Positions 40,819-53,600 of a DNA stretch of 64,000 nucleotides are shown here, piece by piece. The stretch spans positions 31,744,001 to 31,808,000 of the forward strand of contig NC_092355.1 in assembly GCF_963676685.1 (NCBI RefSeq), in the 5' to 3' direction. Position numbers and translations under genes: made by a program. This stretch comes from Mytilus edulis. Lineage: Eukaryota. Below the pieces are notes generated by a model that was not told the DNA's origin, did no database searches, and saw only the letters and a list, made by a program, of their open reading frames with translations. The number at the start of each line of letters is the position of its first letter. Positions within the stretch are counted from its first letter, which is position 1.

Positions 40819-42862
40819 TACTTCTACTTATCAATCTACATAAAAAAGTGCCCGTACCAAGTCAGGAATATGACAGTTGTTATCCATTCGTTTGATGTGT
40901 TTAAGCTTTTGATTTTGACATTTGATTAGGGCTTTCCGTTTTGAATTTTTCTTGGAGTTCAGTTTTTTTGTGATTTGACTTTTTTCTGATAAAAATATAG
41001 AAATTGGTCCAAATGACAATCAGGATGACGCAGACGTTGAAATACCAATGATACGTGATATGAAGCGTGCGTTGTCTGGTCAACAGATATAATCCGAATT
41101 TCTTATCAAGAAAACGAACGAGAAAGTATCTGACCTGACTGTGTGGGATACTGTCTGTATATCAATTTCTCAGTTTTATCGTGCCTCAACTGATCCTCGA
41201 AATATCTTAGCTCATTCTTTTGATAGAGTTAAGTCACTCCAAATTGATATGTCATAGTGTGTCTTTCTATGTTGTGATGTTACACTATTGTTTCAATTAA
41301 GGGTGAAGGCTTGGTACCATTAACACGTTTCAACCCGCTGCAATTGGTTGTACCTGTACTAATAGTTATCAAAGGTATCAGGATTATAATTTAATAAGTC
41401 CAGAATCTGATGTTCAGTATATGTCGTTTGTTGATGTGGTTAATCAGGTGTTTTTCGAATTTTTATATAGATTAGACCGTTAGGTTTCCAGTTTGCATGG
41501 TTTTACACAAGTACTTTTTTGACGCTCTTTATAGCTTACTGTTCAGTGTGAGCCAAGGCACAGTGTTAAGGACCGTCCCTTGACCTATAATGGTTTACTG
41601 TTATAAATTGTGACTTTGGATGGAGAGTTGTCTCATTGGCACTCATACAACATCTTCCTATATCTACTTAGGGGTAATTATTGAACCTGAAGAATTTGGG
41701 TACCGCATTTGAACCGCGAGTGTAGAAGTTTAAACTAGATATTTGTCGAGAAATCAAATTGAAGCTTTTAAAGACACATCTATATTCGCAGCAACAGTGA
41801 CTGAGCTTGAAATTATCAAATCTGCCGTTTCCGTTCTTTAACTTTAGATTGCCACCAACCAAATGTAATAAAACTCATAAACAATACATAAAACGATCTT
41901 AACTTCTTGAATGCTGCATCTGCATAGTTGACTTATTTACAATTTGGTGCATCTGTGGCCTATGGTGCAATGATAGAAAGTGTATGGTGCTATGACGTAT
42001 GATGTAATGTGTACGGCAGAAGCAGTTTGTTTTACTCATTTCATATACATGTATATAATTGTGCCCTTTTTTCAGAATTTAAAAAAAACATGTTAAAAAA
42101 AATCTGTACCATGTTAGGAATACGATAGTTGTTATCCATTTGATTGATGTGTTTGAGCTTTTTATTTTGGCATTTGATAAGGGTATTTCCGTTTTGAATT
42201 TTCCTTGGAGGTCGGTATTTTTGTTATTTTACTTTTCTCTCCAACTTATGTTCTTCTATTTCTTCATTACAATATGTTTTGATATTAATTAGAAAGGTGT
42301 GATATGGTTTCAATAAGAAAACTTTATACCAGAGTAGAATAAGGTCACCGTACAACATACGCTATCAAATGGCCATAAAAGGCCAAAGCGAAATGTAAAC
42401 CATTTCAAGTCAAGAAAATGAACGGCTTGATTTATATACAAATTTGAAAAAAACCCCACTATCACTGAATTGCGACTACTGACTTTGAACAGGAACTTAT
42501 CGAATGTGGTGAGTTCTACATGATTTCAAACGCTTTTCCTTGTACCAAGTCAAGAAAATGGCCATTGTTACATTATAGTTCGTTTCTGTGTGTGTTACAT
42601 TTTGGTGTTGTGTTTCTGTTGTGTCGTAGTTCTCTTATATTTGATACGTTTCCCTCACTTTTAGTTTGTAACCCGGATTTGTTTTTTCTCTATCGATTTA
42701 TGAATTTCGAACAGCGGTATACTACTGTTGCCTTTATTTGCCTCCTTAACAAGCTGCAACATTGGTGTAACAACACACCCAAAACCCCCGGTAAAACGAG
42801 TGATAAAACTATTGACTGACCACATTTTATTCGTAATCATCCATCAAATCAGATAATGTTTA

Positions 42863-43070
42863 TAGATAAAGGAAGATGTGGTATGAGTGCCAATGAGACA
42901 ACTCTCCATCCAAGTCACAATTTATACAAGTAAACTATTATAAGTCAAGGTACGGCCTTCAACACGGAGCCTTGGCTCACACCGTACATCAAGCTATAAA
43001 GGGCCCCAGAAATTACTAGTGTAAAACCATTCAAACGGGAAAACCAACGGTCTTATCTACATTAAAACAA
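42863..43070 (+). repeat. Interspersed repeat (gatgtggtatgagtgccaatgagacaactctcc family); inverted copy at ~41460-41667, relatives at ~9630-9770 and 46290-46420
   Basis: Multiple alignable copies within the window. Confidence 0.75.
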
Positions 43071-43493
43071 GAAAACTTTTTTGTTTTAAAAAGATTATTC
43101 ATCATTGAGACAGCAACTATTCAACAAAAACATATATAAAAACTCACCATCATGCAGCAGTCCTCAACGTTATAACGAACACCTTCTATTAGTAATATGA
43201 TTGTTCCCATACATATTTTACAAAAACGCTTAGACGTACGTGTCAATTGTTAAACTATAAATCAGTTTCGGAAAGCATTAGTTGTCTTGAATAAATTTGG
43301 AAACAACAAGACTCATCAATTTACAGATCGATTAAAATATTAAGAATTTATTAAGTGTGGTTAACCTACAATTTCGAGGGTCGATGGTTTTCTCCGGGAA
43401 CACCGGGCCACCACTAATAAAACAAAATAGCCAAAAAGTGGTGCGTATAATAAATAAACTCATCATAAATACAAGGATTGAACATTTATCTTT

Positions 43494-43537
43494 GCACCAG
43501 ACTCGCGTTTCGTCCACTTAAGACTCATCAGCGACGC
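43494..43537 (-). ncRNA. Minimal type I hammerhead ribozyme with an intact catalytic core
   Basis: Minus strand: GCGUCG-CUGAUGA-GUC(uuaagug)GAC-GAAA-C(GCGA)G-UC-UGGUGC; stem I pairs with wobbles; lies in a retrozyme-like repeat fragment at ~43452-43656. Confidence 0.8.
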
Positions 43538-44438
43538 TCGAATCCAAAAATGTTAAAAAGGCCAAATAAAGTACGAAGTTGAAGAGCATTGAGGAACAAA
43601 AATCCTAAAAGTTTCGCCAATTACAGCTTAGTTAATCTATTCCTGAGGTAGAAAAGAAAGGTTCTAAATATAAGAGGCGTTACAACACCAATAATCAATT
43701 ATTATGATTAACCAATCATTCAATCAATCCATAAATCTATTTCCAAATTTTTTTCCCCGTCAACCAACTCGGATTTATAGCGGTTTTTCTATTTTTAAAT
43801 GCGAATGAAAATGACAGAAATCAATAACAGTATAACTATAAACCATCATATAAGCAAACAAAAACCTACCATAAAGTTTTAGAAATAAAAAAAAAATGAC
43901 CCGAGTCTTACGCAATGATGTCCATTCTATGTTAAATAAAACTATTTGTATTTTATCACTTGACAACCTGGATTGAAATAAGCAAAACAATATCAAAATC
44001 TTAGAAACCGCCAATAAATCTGACCCGATTTCATGTTTATAGTCACATTATGTTGCATTGAATTTTTGTTCGATTTTAAAGTGTACCTTTTTAAGAGATC
44101 CTGCCTGAATTTGAGTTGAGGTAATAGTAAAATTATTTACGGTTATGAAGAAAATCGTTAAACAAAAAACATCGAACTCCAAGGAAAACTCAAACCGGAA
44201 AGTCACATATCAAATGGCAAAATCAGAAGCCAAAACACATCGAACGAATGAAAAACAACTGTTTTCTTGTTAGTATTAAAATAAATAATAATTCGATCAG
44301 GTTGTTTTTTTAAATCCACTCCTTCATGATTTATATTAATACATGATGAAATGCTTGCATAGCAAAAGCTGTATCTTTCTTAAAATACCAACATGACGAA
44401 ATAATTCATAAAAGGAATAGGTAAATATTTTATTATAT

Positions 44439-44653
44439 CTAAATCTTCCGTATCATCATCACCGACGTCTTCACGTAATGACCACTTATTTCATGCCAAT
44501 ACCAGTTATTTCTAGATGGGCTGTTTAGAGCACTGTAAGAACAGCCTTTAAGCCACCATGGTCCATTACTTTTGGCGCAGTTGGAACTGTGTAAATCATT
44601 ATCCCTGTCAACAGTACTGAATTTCATTCCGTTGCTGTAAATCAACGAGTCTC
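44439..44653 (-). CDS. FREP-B terminal FReD exon (GDSLIYSNGMKFSTVDRDND...MMIRKI*)
   Basis: ORF 44439-44645 in the track; tttcag acceptor at 44654-44655; TAG stop; AATAAA on the minus strand at 44429-44434. Confidence 0.95.
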
Positions 44654-47600
44654 CTGAAATTGAAATATGTTATACGTTATAATCACACATAAAAACCTGT
44701 ATAAATGCTAACGATATCATTTGCACTGAATACGCGCACATTTTCCCGTATGTAATGTATGTTACCTTTAGTGCATTTGCATCTTTAAGTTCATCGTTCT
44801 ATGTGTAGTTTATTTACTTCTACAAGAAGCTGCTTTTGCTGAGTCAGTCAGTGATGAAAATTTATTCTATTGGAAAATTTCTTTATATAATTTGTATGCT
44901 TAGGATTCAAAATATACTGACTATTGTGCATGTTGACAATATAAGTCTCTGCCATAATGCACGAGGCCAGAACATTTAAAAATCCCAAACACAATACAAG
45001 TGATGAAGAAATGATAATATAAAAAAACTGAAATTAAAGCGAAACTCGACAAGAAATTATATATATATATGATCGTAATTCAATTGGAAGAAACGTATTT
45101 ATTAAATAACAATATTGTAAGGAGATAATTATTATATTCTGTTTATATTCAGCTTGAGTTATGATGCTGCATTGTTAACAACAACTGTCTTACCTGCATC
45201 GCCGCTATGACCACCAATCGTCAGCTTGTACTGAGATGTTGCATCTCCAACAACAAATGTTTTATATTTAGCATACTTTTTTTTGTTGTTTTTATCAGTG
45301 AGATCTATTCTTAGCTCGTATGTACCACTGGTCGTCAAACGATGAATATGCCTGTTGCCTAAATAAAGACGTATAACTTATACGCAATGTGTTTTCATAT
45401 TACGATTGAAACATAGTTTTGAGTAAATGACAAGCGCTAACGTTCGATTGATTGATGAACTTTATAGATTGTTTATAATAATTTGATAATGATAGTCTTA
45501 ATGGCAACATTTCAAATAAAAATTAAATCAGAACATGTCACCTGTTTGGGGTTACAAGATTGCTACATGAATGCATATTTATTTTTCACACTAGTGAAAG
45601 TTAGGGAAGATCATTTGATATTTTTATACCAGAAATATATCCAATTATTTAAATCGCTTATTATAAATTAAAAAAGTTGGTCGGGAGAATTGACTTTGCA
45701 GACGCTGTAATCATATAAATAAAGGCAACAGTTTTATACCGTTGTTCGAAATTCATAAATCGATTGAGAAAAAACAAAACAAAAAACAAATCCGGGTTAC
45801 AAATTAAAACTGAGGGAAACGCATCAACTATAATAAGCGAACTACTATCATATGTTATAATACTTATTTGTTATATGCTTTAAGTATACATACCAAGCCA
45901 ATATTCTCCATTGACGTAACCGAACCCGTTTTCGCATTCTGTCCAAGTTCTCTGGAAGTTAACAGAATCGTCATACCTTTTCTGGATAATCTTCAATGAA
46001 TTAATAAGATAATGACATTGAAACTAGAATATCAAGCAAAAGCAATATATCCAACCATGTGATGAAACTCATTCCTATCGATATTTTGCCAACAACTGCA
46101 ATTTACAAAATGTCAGAGAATTCGGAAAATCAGATTTAAAAAAATCTGTATGTCGTTTAGAATATCTTATTGTATGCTGTCTCTTTAAAGTTTTGATACT
46201 AGTATACACATCATCAGTAAACTGAGAGCTATTATGTATTGGCCACTAACATGACTAATGATAATAACTTTATAGCTTTTTTATAGCTTTTTATAGCTGA
46301 CTATGCGGTATGGGTTTTGCTCATGATTGAAGGCCGTACGGCTACCTAGTTGTTAATTTCTGTGTCATTTTGGTCTGTTGTGAAGAGTTGTCTTATCGGC
46401 AATCATACCACTTCTTCTTTTTTTTTATATATATATCATGACAATAAATGAGTGTCGCATTCGAAAGATCTTGCTGAGTTATCTTTTTGAAGGATTTAAT
46501 ACTTGTATATTTTTTTTTTAAAGTAAACTGAGACGAGTGCTAACGCGCCTTATGTGTGTCTTATATAGCAGCATAAAGACGTAACCATACGCATCAAAGT
46601 TTTATGTATGTAGATAAGGGTTTTTCATATTCTTAATGGGATTTGTTACATATAGATATAATTTGCAACCGTTAATGAAACTTTGACATATTTGGTATGT
46701 TAAGAGAACACTTTGTCAATGTTTGTTTTGAACTTGTCTGTTATCAATATTCTCAATAAAACAATTATTAAAGTTAATTTATGTTTTCAGATTTACTTTG
46801 TATATGTTACAGTGAATTTGTATAATCAGGGATTATGTAGAATCACTGCTTTTCAGGGAATATGTAGAATCACGAATATCATTAGTGATTATATGTAATC
46901 CCTTAAAATGAACAGTGATTTTACATAATCACTGAACATTGTAATAATTATTCTACAAATTCCCTAATATGATTTCAGGGATTATCAATAACTTATGGAT
47001 CCTTTGTTTGATAATTTTTTTTATTATAGACAAGTTATAATTTTTTTCTTTCATATTCCTTGCCAGATGAAATAATTTTGCTTTTAAACACAGAGGATGA
47101 TTTAAAAGAAATAACCAACACAGGGTTTCGAGATACAGTTGAAGACTTCAAAATTAATGATATTAACATTCCCTTTATAGGGATAACGTTACATGTATTT
47201 TTTGTTTCTTAAAAGCCAGCATCATATGGATATTCATGTTACATTTGTAAATCTACAGAGCATGTTATTTGTGGTACGTCGTTAAACAAATGTTGAAGAA
47301 GATTATGAGAAGATTATGGAACATCTGTTTTGTAGGTTTTTGTTGGTTTTTGTTCAAATGAACATGAACTTCAAACTGACAAATAAAACAAAATTTTAGA
47401 GGAAGCTGACATTTGGTGTAATATTCTCATAGCTATTCCATGGAGTGAAAAAAGAAAGGGAAACCCCAAAAACTTAATGGCAATTGTTCTGTGTCTGGCC
47501 ACAAAACATGGTATCTTGCTGAAACCAGTTTGGGGTTGCTAATTCCCTTTTTTTGGGAATACCCTTCAGATGTTTTTACTGAACACGTTATTTCTCTTAG

Positions 47601-50600
47601 GCATGTCGTAAAATCTTATTCGATATGTGAAGGAAAAGGTTTTTCAAAATGTGGATATTGTTGTAAAAACAGATGTGAAGCATATTATTTTAATTTATCA
47701 TATATTAAGTACAAAATACAGCAATTATGTATATCTAATAAAGTTTTTTTCCCCAGTCTGTATCACCTATCCTGTATCGCATACCCCGTATCACATACCT
47801 GGCGTTACGTCATCAATCGAATGACGTCAACGTTTGATCTATGACGTCCAGATGCTGTTCCCACTAAAAAAATGTCCTATCCATTTCAACTAGTATAAAT
47901 CAGTCATGTTGTTACTTGGTAATAATTTTTATATTTTTTTTTATTAAAGAAAGAGGGACGAAAGATACCAAAGGGACAGTCAAACTCATAAATCTAAAAC
48001 AAACTGACAACGCCATGGCTAAAAATGAAAAAGACAAACAGAAAAACAATAGTACACATGACACAACATAGGAAACTAAAGAATAAACAACACGAACCCC
48101 ACCAAAAACTAGGGGTGATCTCAGGTGCTCCGGAAGGGTAAGCAGATCCTGCTCCACATGAAGTTGAAATGACAGGACAGTATCGTTTACTTAGAGAATT
48201 GTTTAAATACATGGTCTTAAGGTAGATGGGGTGTCTAAATTATAATCCATAGAATTTTTTGATAATTTGCCAAAATGTAGTTTATAACCTGCTTGTTTCG
48301 AAATATTAATTAAAAGAATGGGTCACCGGACTTATTTTCACACTAAAGGTTGTGCAAAATTATCAGATTTAGTATAGAATATGCATGGGAAACTCAATTT
48401 TCCTCATTAAAACGAAAACTACACCATAGAATTTTTCGATAAAATATGAGAAGATGGCTGCAATATTATTCTTTCAGATAAGAAAAAGAAAAATGGGGGT
48501 CACCGAACTCGTTTTCTTGCTACATAATAAAATGGGTAAATTCCTAACACATTCTATTGTAAAAATAACACAATCTGAATTATCTGCCCTTGCATTTGAG
48601 TTATCGCCCCTTATTTGGCAAAGTTGGAAAAAATTGAATCAAACAAAAGTATTCGGTTAATGGTAAAATACAACCATAAATATGATAAAACATTGTATAT
48701 TCTATATTATAATGAAAAATCTTGCACATGAATTACCTACTTGTCTCAAAATTTGCACATTTTATCAAAGATATAGACCTTGTTTTCTGGTATTTCAAAA
48801 TCCAAGATGGCAGAAGACACCCTATCTACCTTAAAAGTATATTGAGAATGTGATAGGGTTATAGAGGACATTACGATGTGGATATTCAGCAAATAAGGAA
48901 GTCTGTAAAAAAAAAGTTAGCTGAAAAAATACAGGAAAATCATATTTTCTTTTCTTCTTTATATTTCCGGAAGATTTAAAAAAAAACCACACCGGATATT
49001 CCATGAACCTGAGTCTGTCAATATATATGATAAACAGAATAATACATGGCAAAATCCGTATCGCATGTTGTATCACTACTCAACCAATATAAGCCCTCGG
49101 GACCTTCGGCCCTCGGGACTGATATTGGTTTCTCGTGGTGATACAGCATGCGATACGGATTTTGCCATGTATTATTCTCTATATATTGTGTTAAACATTT
49201 TAATATATTGTGCTTAAACATGTTAAAATTAAAAAACAAATTGGGTTATCATTTTGATATATTGTCCTTAACATTTTACAAATAATGTTTTTAATGATGT
49301 TTTATTATGATTTTATAGAAAAAAATATTTGACTTTTATTCATTTTCTTTATAAATAAAACTATTTCTTCATTTCAGTTATTATGTTAATCACTGACATT
49401 TTTTCTAGTGATTATACATAATCCCTGAAAATTTTAGTGATTATATAGAACCCCTAAACTAGCCAGTGATTCTACATAATCCCTGAAAATTTTAGGGATT
49501 CTACATAATCACTGACTATACAAATTAACTGTAGCCCAGGTTGTCATGTGGTCTAGCGGGACGGCTGCAGTGCAGGCGATTTGGTGTCACGATATCACAG
49601 TAGCACAGTAGCATGGGTTCGAATCTTGGCGAGGGAAGAACCAAAAATTTGCAAAAGCAAATTTACAGATCTAACATTGTTGGGTTGATGTTTAGACGAG
49701 TTGTATATATAAATTATGATACACAGTTATTCAATGTTTACTAGTATACTGAATCTTCACTGTAAAACAATGTATATTTTAACTCTTTATGTAGTCTTTT
49801 AAAAACGTACAATATCGAAAGACTTTAGCAGGTTATTTTCCTTTGCTTCGAATCGCTCGCACTTAATTTATGTTGCATTCTATTGTATAATTCATACTCA
49901 TAGCATAATACACATTTTTAGTTTAGAAACAGACTTCTTAGTGAGCCTGATGAGAAAAATTTGATATAAATTGATGTGATAATTGAATGCTTCTTTATGT
50001 CATTGGGTTGTTAAAGCGTTAACCGAAATACATTTTCCATAAGCGCGATAACGCATCATTCTAAAAATGTACGCACGGTCAACGCTTTTACAACCCTATG
50101 AAATTACTTAATGAAGCATTCAATACTTATTATTACATTTTTTTTCGCTATGGTCATGAAAACACTATTCCTATCCTGTTTTCCTTGTATTTGAATATGC
50201 ACTTTATTTTGGAAACGTGTGTCATCATGTATGTTTCAATTCATTTTAAAATGAAAAATGACGCGAGATTGCTGCTGGCCAATCAAAATAACGCATAAGA
50301 ATGAAACATACATCTAATGTAGTTATATTATATTTGAAAAAGAACGTACTGTCCATCCTCCACCGTCTGTATCCATGTCACAATAAGCTTTTACTCCTTC
50401 TGTTTTCGTAGGGAATATTTCGTAGACACCAGAGGTTGCTTTATATTTCTTAATCTCAGCGCAGTCCCTTGCAGACCCTATACATATCCCTGCAATTTAT
50501 ATTCACGACAGTTTTATATATTTGATAGACACAAACATCTCTATTGAACGTAACAATATTTATTTTCATATTTAAATAGTTATCAAAGGTATCAGAATAA

Positions 50601-53600
50601 GCAATTGAATAATCTAAATTTTCCTTTTCTGTGTTCTCCAATTTTTTTAACATGCACTGTAATAAAAAAATACATATTGACACAATACATATCAATGTGT
50701 TCTATTTACCTTTGACTTCACGTTTTAACAGCCTGACTATCCTTGAAATTTCCTTTTCGCCACGAGACTCTATAAAATTAATATGCAATTTGTTAGCCAA
50801 ATCTGTTGATTCGTTATTACTTAATTTAAGCATGCTTGTGTATGCCTTTTGTTGAGAAGTAAATTTACATTAACACATTGCATTGCCTTTTTTTTTAACA
50901 AATTCCTGATATAAAGCCTCTACATCAACGACTTGAGTATATCCAGTCCTGTCTACTGAAATGTTTATTTTTTTTTATATTGTTCCCATTGTTGTTACCA
51001 CAATTCCGTCCTCTTTTCACAACGACGGGAGACACATTTGGAGTTGAATGCTGTGTTGTTAGTCTTATATTTTCTTACTGTGATATTTCCAGTTTGTTTT
51101 ATCTCTGAACTTAAATAGCCTTTTGTGTCATTCGAACCTTCGGGAAAATTGTTTCATTGTCAATGATACCACATCGTCTTCTTTTTATATTTTGGTATCT
51201 TTCCCCTCTGTTGTAAACCATCAACATTTTCTCTAACTTACATTCGCAACTAAATATTAATATGGTGTCTGATGAATAACACTAACACTACCGATTGTTT
51301 ACACCGGATGCTAGCATATAATTTCATAAGATATTAGCTTGAAATTATATGAACACGTCGAAGAGCTGATAAAGCAAATAGGAGAAAACATAATAAGGGA
51401 TGGAGTTGGGATAAAGAAGGCAACATTAGTATACCACTGTTTAATAGTCATCATTTTATTAAGCAAAAACCAGAAAAATGAAAGAAATCATGGCTGTAGG
51501 ATGGAGCTAATCCCAAATTGTTTTTAATAATAAAAATATATTTGTGAAAGTATCGAATGATTTGCTACAAGACTGCTGATACATTTCGGGTTATAATAAA
51601 AATTGTTACTATTTCAGTTAATGGGTAGTCAGTAGTGTTAGTTATAACATTTTTTTCATTAGCCACAGCCTAACACTGTTTCTATTTCTAGTGCAAGAGA
51701 TTTCCTTACGTTTGCTCAGATGTAATATTTCAATTTGTTGATTTACTTTTCCTATGTATAAACCTCTAAGGAAAATATATTGACTTTTCTACATTTGCTT
51801 GTATTATTTTAATTTTAGTTTCTTGTGTATAATTTGGAAATTAGTATTGCGTTCATTATCACTGAACTAGTATATATTTGTTTAGGGGCCAGCTGAAGGA
51901 CGCCTCTGGGTGCGGGAATTTCTCGTTACATTGAAGACCTGTTGGTGACCTTCTGCTGTTGTGTCTTCTATGGTCGGGTTGTTGTCTCTTTGATACATTC
52001 CCCATTTCCATTCTCAATTTTATATGTATATGTAACGCTTACACAATTATACTGACCTTCTAAGATCCATGTTATATCCTTTTTCAACAGTTTGTTCATC
52101 TTTATTACATCTTTATACACGGCAATATCTATTCAAAAGACAGTATTTGAATATAACACAAATACAGTAATCCCTTTTAATCTGATACAATTTGTTTTAC
52201 ATACGTGATTATTAAACTAGGCATTTCCCTACTTGTTATTTATCACGAAAATGGTGAGAATGAGTGATTTTGGTATTCCAAAGTTTTTGTATGGTTGTAT
52301 GTCAAAAAAGCAACTATGCAACCATGGCAAAGGGATCAATTGCAAATCAGGAAGCATCAGAAAAACAATTATAATGTATAACAGTGCTTGTTATAGTTAA
52401 TTTGTAACTTAAGCGCACGTCTTGTGAATACAATTTTAACTCTGGTATGTTTGATGAGTTCGGTATTAACGACTGATTAACACAAAACTGACCACAAATC
52501 GGGCCAAACTCATGTGCTCCAGGGGGTCATTAGTACCTAGTTCAATAATACACTCGTTGTGCTGCTCTGGTTTTAATTTTTTTCATTAGCGGTAAACAGT
52601 TTTAGCCTGCGCTTATGGTGCTACCATCGCTGTCTTTTTTCGGTTGATTTAATGTACATTTGTTTGTAGGTGCCAGTCTATTCAGAAAGACTGCTTGTTT
52701 TCCTTTAAATGCCATGTGTTAATTTTTGTCATTATCTTGCCTATATTTTGATGGTAGCTCAAATTTTATTTTATTGATCCTTTCTCATTTTCAAAATCTT
52801 TTAACTAGGCGTTTTCTACAAGATATTTTAAAAGTAAAAAAAATAAAATCATATACACATGTAAAATTATCATATACTTACTTTTGAGTATAAATTGTGT
52901 ATCTTTCTTCAGTTGTGCAACGTCTCTGTCTTTTTCATGCAAACATATTCCTATAAATAAAAATAGTTATGATGTTTCTGTAAGAAATCAAATTATAGCG
53001 TTTATTTTGTTTTAATTAAAATGTTGGAAACTTAATTTAAATATTTTGAATGTTTTTTTATTTAATGCTTTGTATTTGAGTTTAAACAACCTCCGTTAAT
53101 GGAATGATATTTGTGACAAATTTGTTTAAAGAATAGCTTTTTTATCATATGACACACTTAGTGTAATATATTAATGAAGCAACCTTGAACGCAAGCCTCG
53201 GATATCAGATGGAAAAATTTAAAGCTTAAACACATCATACGAATTGAAAACAACTGTCATACTTCCGACTTGGAACTCAAAATTGAAGAAATAGACCCCC
53301 ACATCTGAACTTATTACATGCATGTCACGATGGATAAATTAAGCGAAAATAATAACATAAAATAATAAAAAAAACTTCTGTTACGCGTTTTAAGATAGAA
53401 GATAAAACATCCGTATAAATGTTCAAAAATAAAGATTAATTTTTAAAAAGAATATTGTTATATTTGTATAGCAAAGGATTTTTTGCATGTGTTATGTTGA
53501 AATATTGTTGAAAAGTGATATTCATCTTGAAATATCTCTTTAGTAGCTTCCTCCTCTCTGATAAGCAGTGGATCATTTAAGAGAAAAAAATCTAAAGCAA

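Larger units (their letters stand above)
47694..49184. mobile_element. Terminal-hairpin element, same family as 62927-63645 but opposite orientation
   Basis: tttatcatatat (47694) / atatatgataaa (49023) IR plus a ~145-nt foldback at 49036-49180; both ends match the copy inside the GPCR pseudogene. Confidence 0.8.
46810..49531. mobile_element. TA-flanked Tc1/mariner-type non-autonomous element hosting nested insertions
   Basis: ta|CAGTGAATTTGTATAATCAGGGATTATGTAGAATC ... GATTCTACATAATCACTGACTATACAAATTAACTG|ta; subterminal ~30-bp repeats at both ends. Confidence 0.88.

Noticed and set aside
47491-48212. ORFs of 117, 81 and 72 aa
   Set aside because: They span junctions of nested repeats; LPEHLRSP-type peptides are translations of a non-coding repeat
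49534-49640. tRNA gene
   Set aside because: Box A and box B are present, but there is no cloverleaf and the spacer is expanded; better explained as a SINE head
51885-51950. CTGAAGGA...GGAA as a hammerhead-like motif
   Set aside because: Does not fit CUGANGA/GAAA spacing, and convincing stems could not be built by eye
53500-53595. Possible additional FREP exon in sequence conserved between the two copies
   Set aside because: An acceptor-like site exists in copy B, but there is no suitable donor before a stop and the site is not kept in copy A; similarity is explained by the duplication
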